Virus record (IMG/VR): IMGVR_UViG_3300000838_000001
Direction: 5' to 3' (one strand)
DNA from: a virus
DNA length: 59,485 nt
In this document: one piece after another, positions 17,585 through 26,394 of the stretch
Numbering within the stretch: position 1 is the first letter of the stretch
Layout of the letters: each line of letters begins with the position of its first letter
Translations under genes and position numbers: made by a program
The notes under the pieces: generated by a model
Told to the model about the DNA's origin: nothing
Database searches by the model: none
Seen by the model: only the letters and a program-made list of their open reading frames with translations

Positions 17585-17686
17585 AAATACATTTGTGAAG
17601 TTATTAATAAAGTTTATGTTGCTATTTACAGATAAGTTTTATAAATGTTATAATATGTTAATAATAATGATAGGAGATGTTTAATA

Positions 17687-18292
17687 ATGGTAAAAGATAT
17701 AAGCACTAGGTCAAAACGTTATTTAAAGGGAAGCATCCATGATATACAAGGCGGGAAAATAAGAATATTAGATAGATATTATGATGAAGATGGAAAAACT
17801 ATTTTATTAAAATATGAAAATATTGATAATAATAGTATAACTATAAATAAAGAAGTAAATGTTTCAGCTAGTATTTATAAATGTAGAAAGATTAAAGAGT
17901 ATGAGGGATATGGTGACCCATTACCTCTACCTAAAACACCTCATGAAGAAGAAGTTGATAAATATATGAACGGTAGTGACGGCATTAGTAAACAAACTGC
18001 TATACAACTTGCTAATTACTCAATTAAACTACATGACATATTAACTTTATTACAAGAAAACTCAGTTAATACAAATAATATAGATAATAATTTAGATTCT
18101 TTAAAAGATGATTTTTCAAATGTTAAGCAACAATTAACTGTATCAACTGATGTATATTCTACATTAATGGTTCAAATTAAAAATATTACTGACCTTAATA
18201 ACCAAATTTCAAGTCTATATAAAGAAATAACTAAACTAAATGAAACAGTTTCAAGTCAACAAGAGGTTATAAAGTCTTTAACGAATACTTAG
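17687..18292 (+). CDS. Hypothetical protein with C-terminal coiled coil
   Basis: SD TAGGAGA upstream. 201 aa. Heptad-like N/L/I-rich C-terminal half. Divergent from parM. Confidence 0.65.
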   Translation: MVKDISTRSKRYLKGSIHDIQGGKIRILDRYYDEDGKTILLKYENIDNNSITINKEVNVSASIYKCRKIKEYEGYGDPLPLPKTPHEEEVDKYMNGSDGISKQTAIQLANYSIKLHDILTLLQENSVNTNNIDNNLDSLKDDFSNVKQQLTVSTDVYSTLMVQIKNITDLNNQISSLYKEITKLNETVSSQQEVIKSLTNT

Positions 18293-18516
18293 TAGTAGCA
18301 ATAGATATAGATTTGTTACTAAAATGTTTTAACTATTAAAGATAACTTATAATAAAACCTTTCAGTAACAACTGGATAAACTATATAACCTTTTTTATTT
18401 ATTTTTGATAAAAGTGTATTTAATTGATGAATTATGTGTTATAATCTGTTTGTAAGCATTATAACGAATACTTGTTCGGTATAATTCGGCTATTTTAAAA
18501 TAGAGGGGAAATCTCA

Positions 18517-18762
18517 ATGGAAAATAACTTACCAACTTATAAAGAAGAATTACAACTAAAAATTATTCAACTATTAAATACACTTGAAAATCTTGATTTA
18601 TTGACAGATTTATATAAAGATAATAAGATAGGAACAACTGAGGAACCCTTTATTGAAGAAAAGCTTCTATTAATAAGTAATTCAACTACTAAAATATTAG
18701 CTGAAATCAACAATCTAGTTTGTGATAAGCAACTAGTTACCTATAACTTAATCAATAAATAA
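18517..18762 (+). CDS. Hypothetical protein
   Basis: SD GAGGGGAA upstream. 81 aa. Followed by a terminator. Confidence 0.6.
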   Translation: MENNLPTYKEELQLKIIQLLNTLENLDLLTDLYKDNKIGTTEEPFIEEKLLLISNSTTKILAEINNLVCDKQLVTYNLINK

Positions 18763-18766
18763 ACTT

Positions 18767-18792
18767 AGTTACTTTAATTAGTAACTTTTTTT
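18767..18792 (+). terminator. Intrinsic terminator
   Basis: AGTTACT-TTAATT-AGTAACT hairpin followed by a T-run. Confidence 0.6.
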
Positions 18793-18806
18793 ATGTTATA
18801 AAACAG

Positions 18807-18835
18807 TTGCATTATAATCTGTAATAGTGTAAAAT
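18807..18835 (+). promoter_or_regulatory. Promoter of the recombinase gene (TTGCAT-17-TAAAAT)
   Basis: Spacing is exact. The predicted start coincides with hairpin TTGTAA-GGTTT-TTACAA at 18841-18857. Confidence 0.55.
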
Positions 18836-18880
18836 GTATTTTGTAAGGTTTTTACAATATAACAGATAAAGGTGATTAAA

Positions 18881-19852
18881 ATGATAGAAATTACTACTAC
18901 AAATAAAATACTTAAAACTAATAAACATTTTGTAAACCACTTCTTAGAAATGAAATCAAAAAACAGTAAAAATACTGCTATAGCTTACAAAAATGATATT
19001 TTAGAATTCTTTAATGTAAATGAAATTGAGGTGTTAACTATAAATGATTTTATAAAAGTAAATTTTATAAATGCTGAGGAATACATACTAGAGTTAACAA
19101 AAAAAGGTTTATCTAGTGCTACAATAAATCGTAAAATAAGTTCTTTAAGTTCCATTTATAATTGGTTAATGAAATTTAACGATAATGCTTCTGGAAAGGC
19201 TTTAATTATGTTTAACCCTTTTACTAATCTTAAAGAAGAACGTCCTGTTATTAACAGTAAGGAAACTCAATTTTTAACTAAAGAAGAATGTGAAAAATTA
19301 TTAAATAGCTTTAATATAAATGATTTATTACAATTAAGAAATAAAACAATTATTGCATTAGCACTTACAACTGCTTTACGAAAAAGTGAAATCATAAATA
19401 TTAAAATAAAAGATGTTACAACTTCTGGTGAATATGATATTATTAAAGTAATACGTAAAGGTGGGAAGAATGATTTAGTAAAATTACAAAAAGGAGTCAA
19501 GAATCTTATTGAACAATATGTTTTACAGTCTGGTAGAGATTTTATTGTAAATCAAGATGACTATTTATTTATAGGTCATTCAAATAGAAACAATATTTCT
19601 GCTAAACTTAGTCCTAATACATTAAACTATATGATTGATAAAGTTTGTAAAGATGTTGGAATAACTAAGAAAATATGTTTTCATAGTACTAGGCATACGG
19701 CTATTACCCTTGCTATAGTTAATGGTGCAAATATTCACAATGTTAAGGAACTAGCTGGACATGCTAATATATCAACTACAAATAGATATATTCATAATAT
19801 TAATAAGCTAAAAAATAGTGCTACTGATAGTATTTTATTTGAGGCTATTTAA
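18881..19852 (+). CDS. Tyrosine recombinase (XerC/D-like; integrase or dimer resolvase)
   Basis: Catalytic residues in context: TALRKSE (R), HSTRHT (H-x-x-R), GHANISTTNRYIH (H..Y). ATG 18881 follows SD AAAGGTGA. Confidence 0.85.
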   Translation: MIEITTTNKILKTNKHFVNHFLEMKSKNSKNTAIAYKNDILEFFNVNEIEVLTINDFIKVNFINAEEYILELTKKGLSSATINRKISSLSSIYNWLMKFNDNASGKALIMFNPFTNLKEERPVINSKETQFLTKEECEKLLNSFNINDLLQLRNKTIIALALTTALRKSEIINIKIKDVTTSGEYDIIKVIRKGGKNDLVKLQKGVKNLIEQYVLQSGRDFIVNQDDYLFIGHSNRNNISAKLSPNTLNYMIDKVCKDVGITKKICFHSTRHTAITLAIVNGANIHNVKELAGHANISTTNRYIHNINKLKNSATDSILFEAI

Positions 19853-19902
19853 TGTTTTATAATAAAGATAAATTTAACTAATAAAATTGGAGGAAAGTTA
19901 AT

Positions 19903-20190
19903 ATGAGTATTGATTCAAGAGAATTTGAAATAGAGTATACAATAACTTATAACTATAAATATTTAAAAGTAATAGAAGCAGATAGTGAAGAAGAAGCTAG
20001 ACAAAAGTTCTTAGATGATGTTAGTAACTATATTGCAAAAGGGGAAGTAACTATTTATAGTGTAAAAGAAGCTAATGAAATTTGTTACGATTGCTGTTTA
20101 TCATTTCCATCAGATGAAATTTTATCAACTGGATTATGTGAAAGTTGTACTAAAGAGTACGATGAAATGGAGGATGATTATTGTGATTAA
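19903..20190 (+). CDS. Hypothetical Cys-rich protein
   Basis: SD GGAGGAAA. CYDCC...CESC pattern suggests a zinc ribbon. Confidence 0.6.
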   Translation: MSIDSREFEIEYTITYNYKYLKVIEADSEEEARQKFLDDVSNYIAKGEVTIYSVKEANEICYDCCLSFPSDEILSTGLCESCTKEYDEMEDDYCD

Positions 20191-20572
20191 TGATTATTTT
20201 TATAACGAAGCAGTAAAAGAAGCTGAAGATAGGTATACTTCAGAAATTAATTTTGAAACACTTATATATGAATTTATAACTGAAGATATGATTAATAATT
20301 TAGGAGAAAAAGAAGGGCTTATTATTTCATCTCTAAATAATGATGTAAGGATTAGAAGAAGCTTAATAATAGAAGGTAAAACAGAAAATATTACTATAAG
20401 TGAATGTAATGAAGATTTTATATTAGAAATAATGGAAGAAGGTGGAACTGCTTTTAGATTACCTTTAATGACTGGTAATCCATCTAGAATACTTTTATCT
20501 TTAAAAAGTTGGGTTTCTCATTCACCTACTTTATATAATCTTGAGAGATTTTTACTTAAAGGGAGACAATAA
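20183..20572 (+). CDS. Hypothetical protein
   Basis: GTG 20183 lies 8 nt after GGAGGA and overlaps the previous stop. The longer track ORF from 20075 overlaps the upstream gene. Confidence 0.55.
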   Translation: MINDYFYNEAVKEAEDRYTSEINFETLIYEFITEDMINNLGEKEGLIISSLNNDVRIRRSLIIEGKTENITISECNEDFILEIMEEGGTAFRLPLMTGNPSRILLSLKSWVSHSPTLYNLERFLLKGRQ

Positions 20573-20760
20573 TGGAAGAACACCCATACACAGAATGCCC
20601 TAAATGTAATCATAAAAAGATTACTTTATTAGTTCAAGAACCGTATTTTATGACATATTCACTAACAGGAAAGCTATTAAAAAGAGATAGAAGTCATGAC
20701 TCACATGTTTGGCATTACCAATGTAAATGTGGTTGGGTTAGTGAGGGATTTACACAATAA
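20572..20760 (+). CDS. Hypothetical zinc-ribbon protein
   Basis: CPKCNHKK ... CKCGW. ATGA-type overlap with the upstream stop. Confidence 0.6.
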   Translation: MEEHPYTECPKCNHKKITLLVQEPYFMTYSLTGKLLKRDRSHDSHVWHYQCKCGWVSEGFTQ

Positions 20761-20866
20761 ACTTTGGAGGATCTTTATAGTGAATCCTAATAGAAAGAAA
20801 CTTGTAGATGATTTAAATTAGGCGATATCATTTGATAAAATATTAAAATAAAGGGTGGGTAACATA

Positions 20867-21877
20867 ATGAAAAAGATAAACATTAAAAAAATACTTAAAG
20901 ATAATAAGGTAACTATTTCTAATTTTTCTAACACGTTAAATATATCAAGGCCAACGTTATATGATTATATTAGTAAGTTTGAAAATGGTGAACAGATATT
21001 AAATGACCGTATTCAAATAATATTTCAGCAATTATTTGGGGTAGAAAATAGTTATGATGAATTTCATAATAAATTAACTAATTTAACGGTTAAAACAAGT
21101 TTTATGGTTAAAAGCATGGAAATAGAGTTTAATAATATTGATAATGGAATAACTACTAATGCAACTATTTGTGGTGTAAATGATGCTATTAAAATAAATC
21201 AAAATGGAAATACTATAAATTTAGATTATATTGAACTACAGCAAATATTTATTACAATGCAAAATATGCAAAAGAATCATAAATCTAATCAACAAACAAC
21301 TACTAATAACTCTAATATAGAGCGTTCAATAAAACTATCAGAAAAAGAGGATAATAGTAAGATAGAACCATTAATAGAGCCTATGGTAGAAAATAACCCA
21401 GAAGTATTTATACCAGTGATACATACTGAAAGTGAATTTAAAGAGGTTATAAAAAGTAATTTTAAGACTTTAAACCCTCTAACTAGTAATGATAAAGTTA
21501 TTGTAGATAAGATACGTGAAGAATTTTATGAAGAACCATTCGAAGAATCTTATGAGGAACCATTAGAAGATTTAGAAGAGGTGTTTATGACAAATTATGA
21601 TGATATCATTATTGATAAAGTTGATTTTAAAAGTAATGATTATAGAAATAAATTTAAAGATTATATTAAACCAGATAGACCTACTTACTCTGTAGACCCA
21701 CTAGGTAAATTTCAATCAAAATATGAAATGAGATTATTTAAAAATAAACGAGAAGCATTAGATTATTTCAATCTTATAAAAAAAGACTTAGATAAAGAAC
21801 CTAGTTTAAGTTTTGATAAAGATTCAATACTAGATACTAATAATGCTATTAATTCAATATATATTACAAGATTATAA
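20867..21877 (+). CDS. HTH DNA-binding protein with acidic C-terminal region (regulator or replication initiator candidate)
   Basis: N-terminal ISNFSNTLNISRPTLYDYISKFENGE helix-turn-helix. ATG 20867 follows AAAGGGTGGG. Confidence 0.6.
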   Translation: MKKINIKKILKDNKVTISNFSNTLNISRPTLYDYISKFENGEQILNDRIQIIFQQLFGVENSYDEFHNKLTNLTVKTSFMVKSMEIEFNNIDNGITTNATICGVNDAIKINQNGNTINLDYIELQQIFITMQNMQKNHKSNQQTTTNNSNIERSIKLSEKEDNSKIEPLIEPMVENNPEVFIPVIHTESEFKEVIKSNFKTLNPLTSNDKVIVDKIREEFYEEPFEESYEEPLEDLEEVFMTNYDDIIIDKVDFKSNDYRNKFKDYIKPDRPTYSVDPLGKFQSKYEMRLFKNKREALDYFNLIKKDLDKEPSLSFDKDSILDTNNAINSIYITRL

Positions 21878-21884
21878 TATAAAA

Positions 21885-21916
21885 AGGTTATGGTAAAAAT
21901 TACTATAACCTTTTTA
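21885..21916 (+). terminator. Intrinsic terminator
   Basis: AGGTTATGGTA...TACTATAACCT hairpin followed by a T-run. Confidence 0.6.
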
Positions 21917-21927
21917 TATTATATTTA

Positions 21928-21956
21928 TTTACTTTTTACTTAATTAGAAGTATAAT
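21928..21956 (+). promoter_or_regulatory. Promoter (TTTACT-17-TATAAT)
   Basis: Followed at the predicted start by hairpin TTGTAA-GGTTA-TTACAA (21961-21977). Confidence 0.5.
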
Positions 21957-22015
21957 TATTTTGTAAGGTTATTACAAAAACTATTTTACAAATATAAAAT
22001 AAAGGGGAAATTAAA

Positions 22016-22516
22016 GTGGCGTACAAACATGTTAGATATAATAAAAATGGGAGTAAAACTATTACTAGAGGTCGTAGAAATGTATTTGGTGGTTATAGTG
22101 CTGATACCTATACAATTAATGCACCAAAACGTAAAACACAAGCTGAAATAGAGACTGAAAGAATAGCTAAATTAACTAAACAATATTCAACATTTAAAAA
22201 AGCTAAGTTTAATCTTAGTGGAACTAGACAATGGATGTTATTTACTTTTGATATATTTGCTATTGCTATAAGCCTTATTGCATTAATGTTTGGATTATTT
22301 ATGATTTTACCTATATGGATTATAGGAAGATTATTAACTCATAAATTTATTGTAAATAGATATTATGATATTGAATTGCCAAATATTATCCAAAGAGATA
22401 AAGAGTTTATGTCTACCGAAGTTTACAATGAATTAATTAAATGGAATTCTGAAAAAATAGTTAAAAGAGCTAATAATACTTTATATAGAAAATTTAAAAA
22501 AGCATACTCTAAATAA
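22016..22516 (+). CDS. Membrane protein (two predicted TM helices)
   Basis: GTG start after AAAGGGGAA. Hydrophobic stretch WMLFTFDIFAIAISLIALMFGLFMILPIWIIG. Confidence 0.6.
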   Translation: MAYKHVRYNKNGSKTITRGRRNVFGGYSADTYTINAPKRKTQAEIETERIAKLTKQYSTFKKAKFNLSGTRQWMLFTFDIFAIAISLIALMFGLFMILPIWIIGRLLTHKFIVNRYYDIELPNIIQRDKEFMSTEVYNELIKWNSEKIVKRANNTLYRKFKKAYSK

Positions 22517-22567
22517 AAATTAAAAAATGTTATATTATTTATTGTAAAAGTTTACCATTTATGTTAT

Positions 22568-22623
22568 GATATGTTTATGTTAGAAAAGCTATTAAAGCTA
22601 ACTAGCATAAACATATCTTTTTT
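22568..22623 (+). terminator. Intrinsic terminator
   Basis: 16-bp stem GATATGTTTATGTTAG / CTAGCATAAACATATC followed by T6. Confidence 0.7.
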
Positions 22624-23165
22624 ATTAGTATTTGGTAATCCCACCAAAAAACCTTTGTTTTTAAATTTATTCATAGTCATTTATAATAATTATTAAATTA
22701 GACTTAGTTTATTTTCTATTAAATTTTCCTTGTCAAATAAACTTCTACTTCAAATATCATCATTTTAATAATCCTTATTAAATAAATTTCTATTACTAAG
22801 TCTTTTTAATTCTTATGTAATGACATTGATAAGTTACTTCCACCACAATCAATTTTACAAAAAGCATTTTTAATGCTAAAGCTATTAGAAATAATCTAGT
22901 AGCTTTTTTTGTATTTTATAAAGTATTTCATAGAATCTTTTGTATTGTTTTATAAAATAATGTTGAAAGAGTTGTATTACTATTTTATTTAAATTAGAAT
23001 ATATTTAATGTTACAGGAACTAGTTTGGTGGAATAAGCTAGTTTAGCATTGGTGGAATATTTAGAAGTATCTTTTATAGAAATACTTCTGATAGTAGTTA
23101 AGAGAATATATTTTGTTGTTGTGTTTATAATTTTGCTAACACATGTAGGAGAAAAATAAAATGAG

Positions 23166-23285
23166 ATTTCCGAAAACTATTTATAAAACTATTTATTCAT
23201 TTTTAGAAAGGTAAATTTCCGAAAACTATTTATTCATTTTTAGAAAGGTAAATTTTCGAAAACTATTTATAAAACTATTTATTTA
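23166..23285. repeat. Iteron-like tandem repeats (ATTTCCGAAAACTATTTAT core, three copies)
   Basis: Cores at 23166-23184, 23215-23233 and 23252-23270, with the shared flank TCATTTTTAGAAAGGTAA. Related CGGAAACTATTTATT at 27268-27282. Confidence 0.8.
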
Positions 23286-24175
23286 CCAATACCCAGTTTT
23301 CAATTTCAATGAAATTTTACCATCCCCTACCACTTATACCATTATTTTGATAGGACACCATTTAATATAACATATTGTATGAAATTACAACAAATTAATT
23401 ATGTTATATTAAGTATATTAAACAGAATGCAATTTAAGGCTATTTTAAAGCTATTTAAGAGTGTTTAATTTTATAGTAGTAAAAAATATTGTTATTGAAT
23501 TAAGTATTTATATTAAGCATTTAAATGGTATTTAAATAGATGTAATATAGTTATATCTATTATGGTCAGTTATGTTGTTGTTATAAAAGTATGTAAAGTA
23601 GTTCTATTGAACATAACTGACATTATAACCAATAGAAACACTTTAATTTTATGGTATTTATTACAAAATATGGGCATTGATTCCATTGTTAAAAACTGGT
23701 AATTATTACAATATCTAATTCTAGTGGTGTTCGGACAAATTTACTTACACGTATATAAATTATTTATTTGTATGTTAACAGTTATAATAACCATTATAAC
23801 AACTATTATGTTAATCATTACACTAACTAATCTATCAACCATTACAACGATACACCAAAGGTTTAACAAAAAGGTTCGGTTCATATTTATACATAACCGT
23901 TCATAACCGTTCATTTCAATACTTTCAATAACCATCATAAAAATCTACCATAATGTTTTACTTAAAAAAGTATATATTTAGACAATAAAAAAGTCTTATA
24001 GAATATTTCCTATAAGACTTCTAGTAGCCTCTATTATTAAGAATATCAAAAATACTAATCCAAATAAATTAAAAAATATTTTTATTAATAATATCATAGC
24101 TGTAAATATTTCTTTAAATATTGATTCTTCATTAATTCTTTCTTTCATAGTTTTATTGAACTTCATCTTTATATT

Positions 24176-24222
24176 AACCGTTCAATAATTGTGTTTTCAA
24201 CAATCTAAATTATTGAACGGTT
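24176..24222. repeat. 15-bp perfect inverted repeat AACCGTTCAATAATT (17-nt spacer)
   Basis: 24176-24190 is the reverse complement of 24208-24222. The related ATAACCGTTCA occurs in tandem at 23893-23913. Confidence 0.85.
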
Positions 24223-24552
24223 ATAAACTACTTAATGATATATAGTTGTAACAGTCTAATTAAACTTATTAATGAAAAAAGTTTAAATCCTATCTTGATT
24301 AATAGTTCAATAACTGTTAAAATATCATTAAGTATAAAGATGATCTTATTCAAATATTTTCGCCTACCTTTCTTAAATAATTTGTAAGTTACTAGAATAA
24401 CTTACTTATTTAGTATACCATATTATAATGAATTTGTAAATGGTTATAAGAAAAGTTTATAAAAAGGTTACTAATGAACTTTTAATTAAGTCTATTAGTA
24501 ACCTTTTTTATTATATCATATTAAAGACGTACTGTCAAACATTTATTAAACT

Positions 24553-24960
24553 TTATTCTACGATATTTAAAAATAATATTTCTTCATCAATACCACCTAA
24601 TTCAATAATAGACCCTATCTCTAAATTATTATTTCTAAGAACTTCTAAATTATCTATAACTTCTAAATTATCTATAACTTCTAAATTGTCAAGTGTTCCA
24701 AGATTTATTTCTAAATTTGATTCATTCAAGTTATATAGTTCAAATAATTCTATAATATATGGGTGACCACTTTCAAAATCAATCGCATAGATAGTTTCAC
24801 TCTCCTCACTTATTTCAATAATTTCAATAGTATTATTCCATTCATTATTTAAGAATTTGTCAGAAATTTCATCATTAGAAATATTGTTATAAGCACTTAA
24901 AATAAGTGTTATAACAAATATTGGTAAATATTGTAATAGTTTTGTAGTAGTAGTTTTCAT
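24553..24960 (-). CDS. Small secreted or membrane-anchored protein with hexapeptide repeats
   Basis: N-terminal signal/anchor MKTTTTKLLQYLPIFVITLILSA. 18-nt repeats at 24641-24694 encode DNLEV(I/L). Shares its leader and first codons with 25310-25564. Confidence 0.65.
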   Translation of the reverse strand: MKTTTTKLLQYLPIFVITLILSAYNNISNDEISDKFLNNEWNNTIEIIEISEESETIYAIDFESGHPYIIELFELYNLNESNLEINLGTLDNLEVIDNLEVIDNLEVLRNNNLEIGSIIELGGIDEEILFLNIVE

Positions 24961-25055
24961 AATTTAATCATCCTTTATTTTTAGTATTTTGATAGTAGTA
25001 GTTTAATATAATTTATCTAGCTTACAATAATTAAGTTTACTTTCAATGTTTGGTA

Positions 25056-25211
25056 TTAGTAGTTTAATCCTAGTTTTCTATTTAAGTTATTTAGGTTTTT
25101 TGTTACTAAGTCAATTCTTTCATTTTGTTCTTTAATTAGTTTTTCAATTTGTTGTTCTGCTTTAAGTTCTTTCTTGAATAATCCTTTAATTGCTTTTAGT
25201 AAGTTTTTCAT
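25056..25211 (-). CDS. Small early protein (51 aa, coiled-coil-like)
   Basis: ATG 25211 follows the conserved leader AAAAAGGACGATAAAATT. The longer track ORF would run through its own promoter. Confidence 0.55.
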   Translation of the reverse strand: MKNLLKAIKGLFKKELKAEQQIEKLIKEQNERIDLVTKNLNNLNRKLGLNY

Positions 25212-25275
25212 AATTTTATCGTCCTTTTTATTTAGTATTTTGTAAGACTGTTTTCGTAACCTCCTTACAATTATT

Positions 25276-25304
25276 ATTGTACCATTTTTATAGCAGTACG
25301 TCAA
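25276..25304 (-). promoter_or_regulatory. Early promoter copy 1 (TTGACG-17-TACAAT)
   Basis: ATTGACGTACTGCTATAAAAATGG TACAAT on the minus strand. Confidence 0.65.
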
Positions 25305-25309
25305 TGGGT

Positions 25310-25564
25310 TTATAAAACTTTTTTAAATCTTTTTTTAAGATTATTGTATTCCTTGACTGTAATATCTGTTGATTCATAATTAATAACAGCTTCTGGATAA
25401 CAAGCTTTTAGTTCAGTATTGCCGTTATGTCGTGATAAAATAAAGTCAATATCAAGGAAATAACCATCTTTTACTTCACTTACTAAATAACCTTTTCTAG
25501 GATTTCCGTTTATGTCATTTGGTGCTTTCATTAGTCTAGCAATTATCATAGTAGTAGTTTTCAT
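25310..25564 (-). CDS. Small early protein
   Basis: Own promoter/leader cassette. SD AAAGGATGA. Confidence 0.6.
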   Translation of the reverse strand: MKTTTMIIARLMKAPNDINGNPRKGYLVSEVKDGYFLDIDFILSRHNGNTELKACYPEAVINYESTDITVKEYNNLKKRFKKVL

Positions 25565-25606
25565 AATTTAATCATCCTTTATTTTTAGTATTTTTACTAC
25601 TTTATT

Positions 25607-25635
25607 AGTATAGCATTTATATAGCAGTACGTCAA
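25607..25635 (-). promoter_or_regulatory. Early promoter copy 2 (TTGACG-17-TATACT)
   Basis: ATTGACGTACTGCTATATAAATGC TATACT. Confidence 0.65.
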
Positions 25636-25656
25636 TAGGTTTATAAAACTTTTTAT

Positions 25657-25914
25657 TTAAATTAATTCTTTATCACCTAATACATTCCACATAACTTCTT
25701 GTAAAATACAATAACCTACGCTATTATTATTATATAAATCTGTTTCTTTCATAGGTGTATAGTCACATGCTTTTCTACATTCTAATACTTTCATTACTTC
25801 TTTAATAGTAGGAACATTAGAATAATTCCATTTACTTTTTTTGTCAGTCATAAATGATATTAATTTTTCCGCTAAACTTTTATTTAAAATTACTTTTTCC
25901 ATTGTATTTTCCAT
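25657..25914 (-). CDS. Small early protein
   Basis: ATG 25914 follows AAAGGTGGAAATAAAA. Own promoter cassette. Confidence 0.6.
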   Translation of the reverse strand: MENTMEKVILNKSLAEKLISFMTDKKSKWNYSNVPTIKEVMKVLECRKACDYTPMKETDLYNNNSVGYCILQEVMWNVLGDKELI

Positions 25915-25955
25915 TTTTATTTCCACCTTTTATTTAGTATTTTTACTACTTTATT

Positions 25956-25984
25956 AGTATAGCATTTATATAGCAGTACGTCAA
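25956..25984 (-). promoter_or_regulatory. Early promoter copy 3 (TTGACG-17-TATACT)
   Basis: Identical to copy 2 over about 60 nt. Confidence 0.65.
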
Positions 25985-26005
25985 TAGTTTTTTAAAACTT
26001 TTTAT

Positions 26006-26284
26006 TTAAATTTGTAAACCTCTTTTAACATGATTTTCAGCTGATTCTTTTCTTAATTTTTCAGAATATTCTGGATATTTATAAGAATAGAATTTCATTA
26101 TATGCTTTATAGCAATTTTAGAAAGCATTTCAATAGTATTATCTAATAAGTCAGTATCTATATCTTCATCAAAGATCCCCCATGCACTTCTATATCTTAA
26201 ATCTTCAATGGTATTCATTAACTCGTTATAGTTTTGTTTTTCTGTTTCCATTTTATTAATTGTTTTAGTATCGTGAACATTCAT
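26006..26284 (-). CDS. Small early protein
   Basis: ATG 26284 follows GAAGGATGATAAAA. Own promoter cassette. Confidence 0.6.
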   Translation of the reverse strand: MNVHDTKTINKMETEKQNYNELMNTIEDLRYRSAWGIFDEDIDTDLLDNTIEMLSKIAIKHIMKFYSYKYPEYSEKLRKESAENHVKRGLQI

Positions 26285-26347
26285 TTTTATCATCCTTCTT
26301 ATTTTAATATTTTGTAAGATAATTTGTTTAACTATTTTACAGTTATT

Positions 26348-26376
26348 ATTATATCATTTTTATAGCAGTACGTCAA
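26348..26376 (-). promoter_or_regulatory. Early promoter copy 4 (TTGACG-17-TATAAT)
   Basis: ATTGACGTACTGCTATAAAAATGA TATAAT. Confidence 0.65.
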
Positions 26377-26394
26377 TAGTTTTTTAAATCTTTT

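Noticed and set aside
18881-19852. Looked for attP or prophage boundaries and flanking host genes
   Set aside because: Every gene in the window is phage- or plasmid-like and the contig closes on itself. There is no host flank, so no integration junction is present. Whether the recombinase integrates or resolves dimers cannot be decided here.
20075-20182. Long version of the 165-aa ORF starting at 20075
   Set aside because: It overlaps the preceding gene by more than 100 nt in another frame. A GTG with a proper SD at 20183 gives a non-overlapping gene.
23724-23938. Mutually antisense 60-aa and 65-aa ORFs in the 23.7-kb region, and 24440-24766 antisense to 24553-24960
   Set aside because: Their translations are low-complexity (I/T/L/V repeats). 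They have no SD and overlap each other, which is typical of chance ORFs in repeat DNA.
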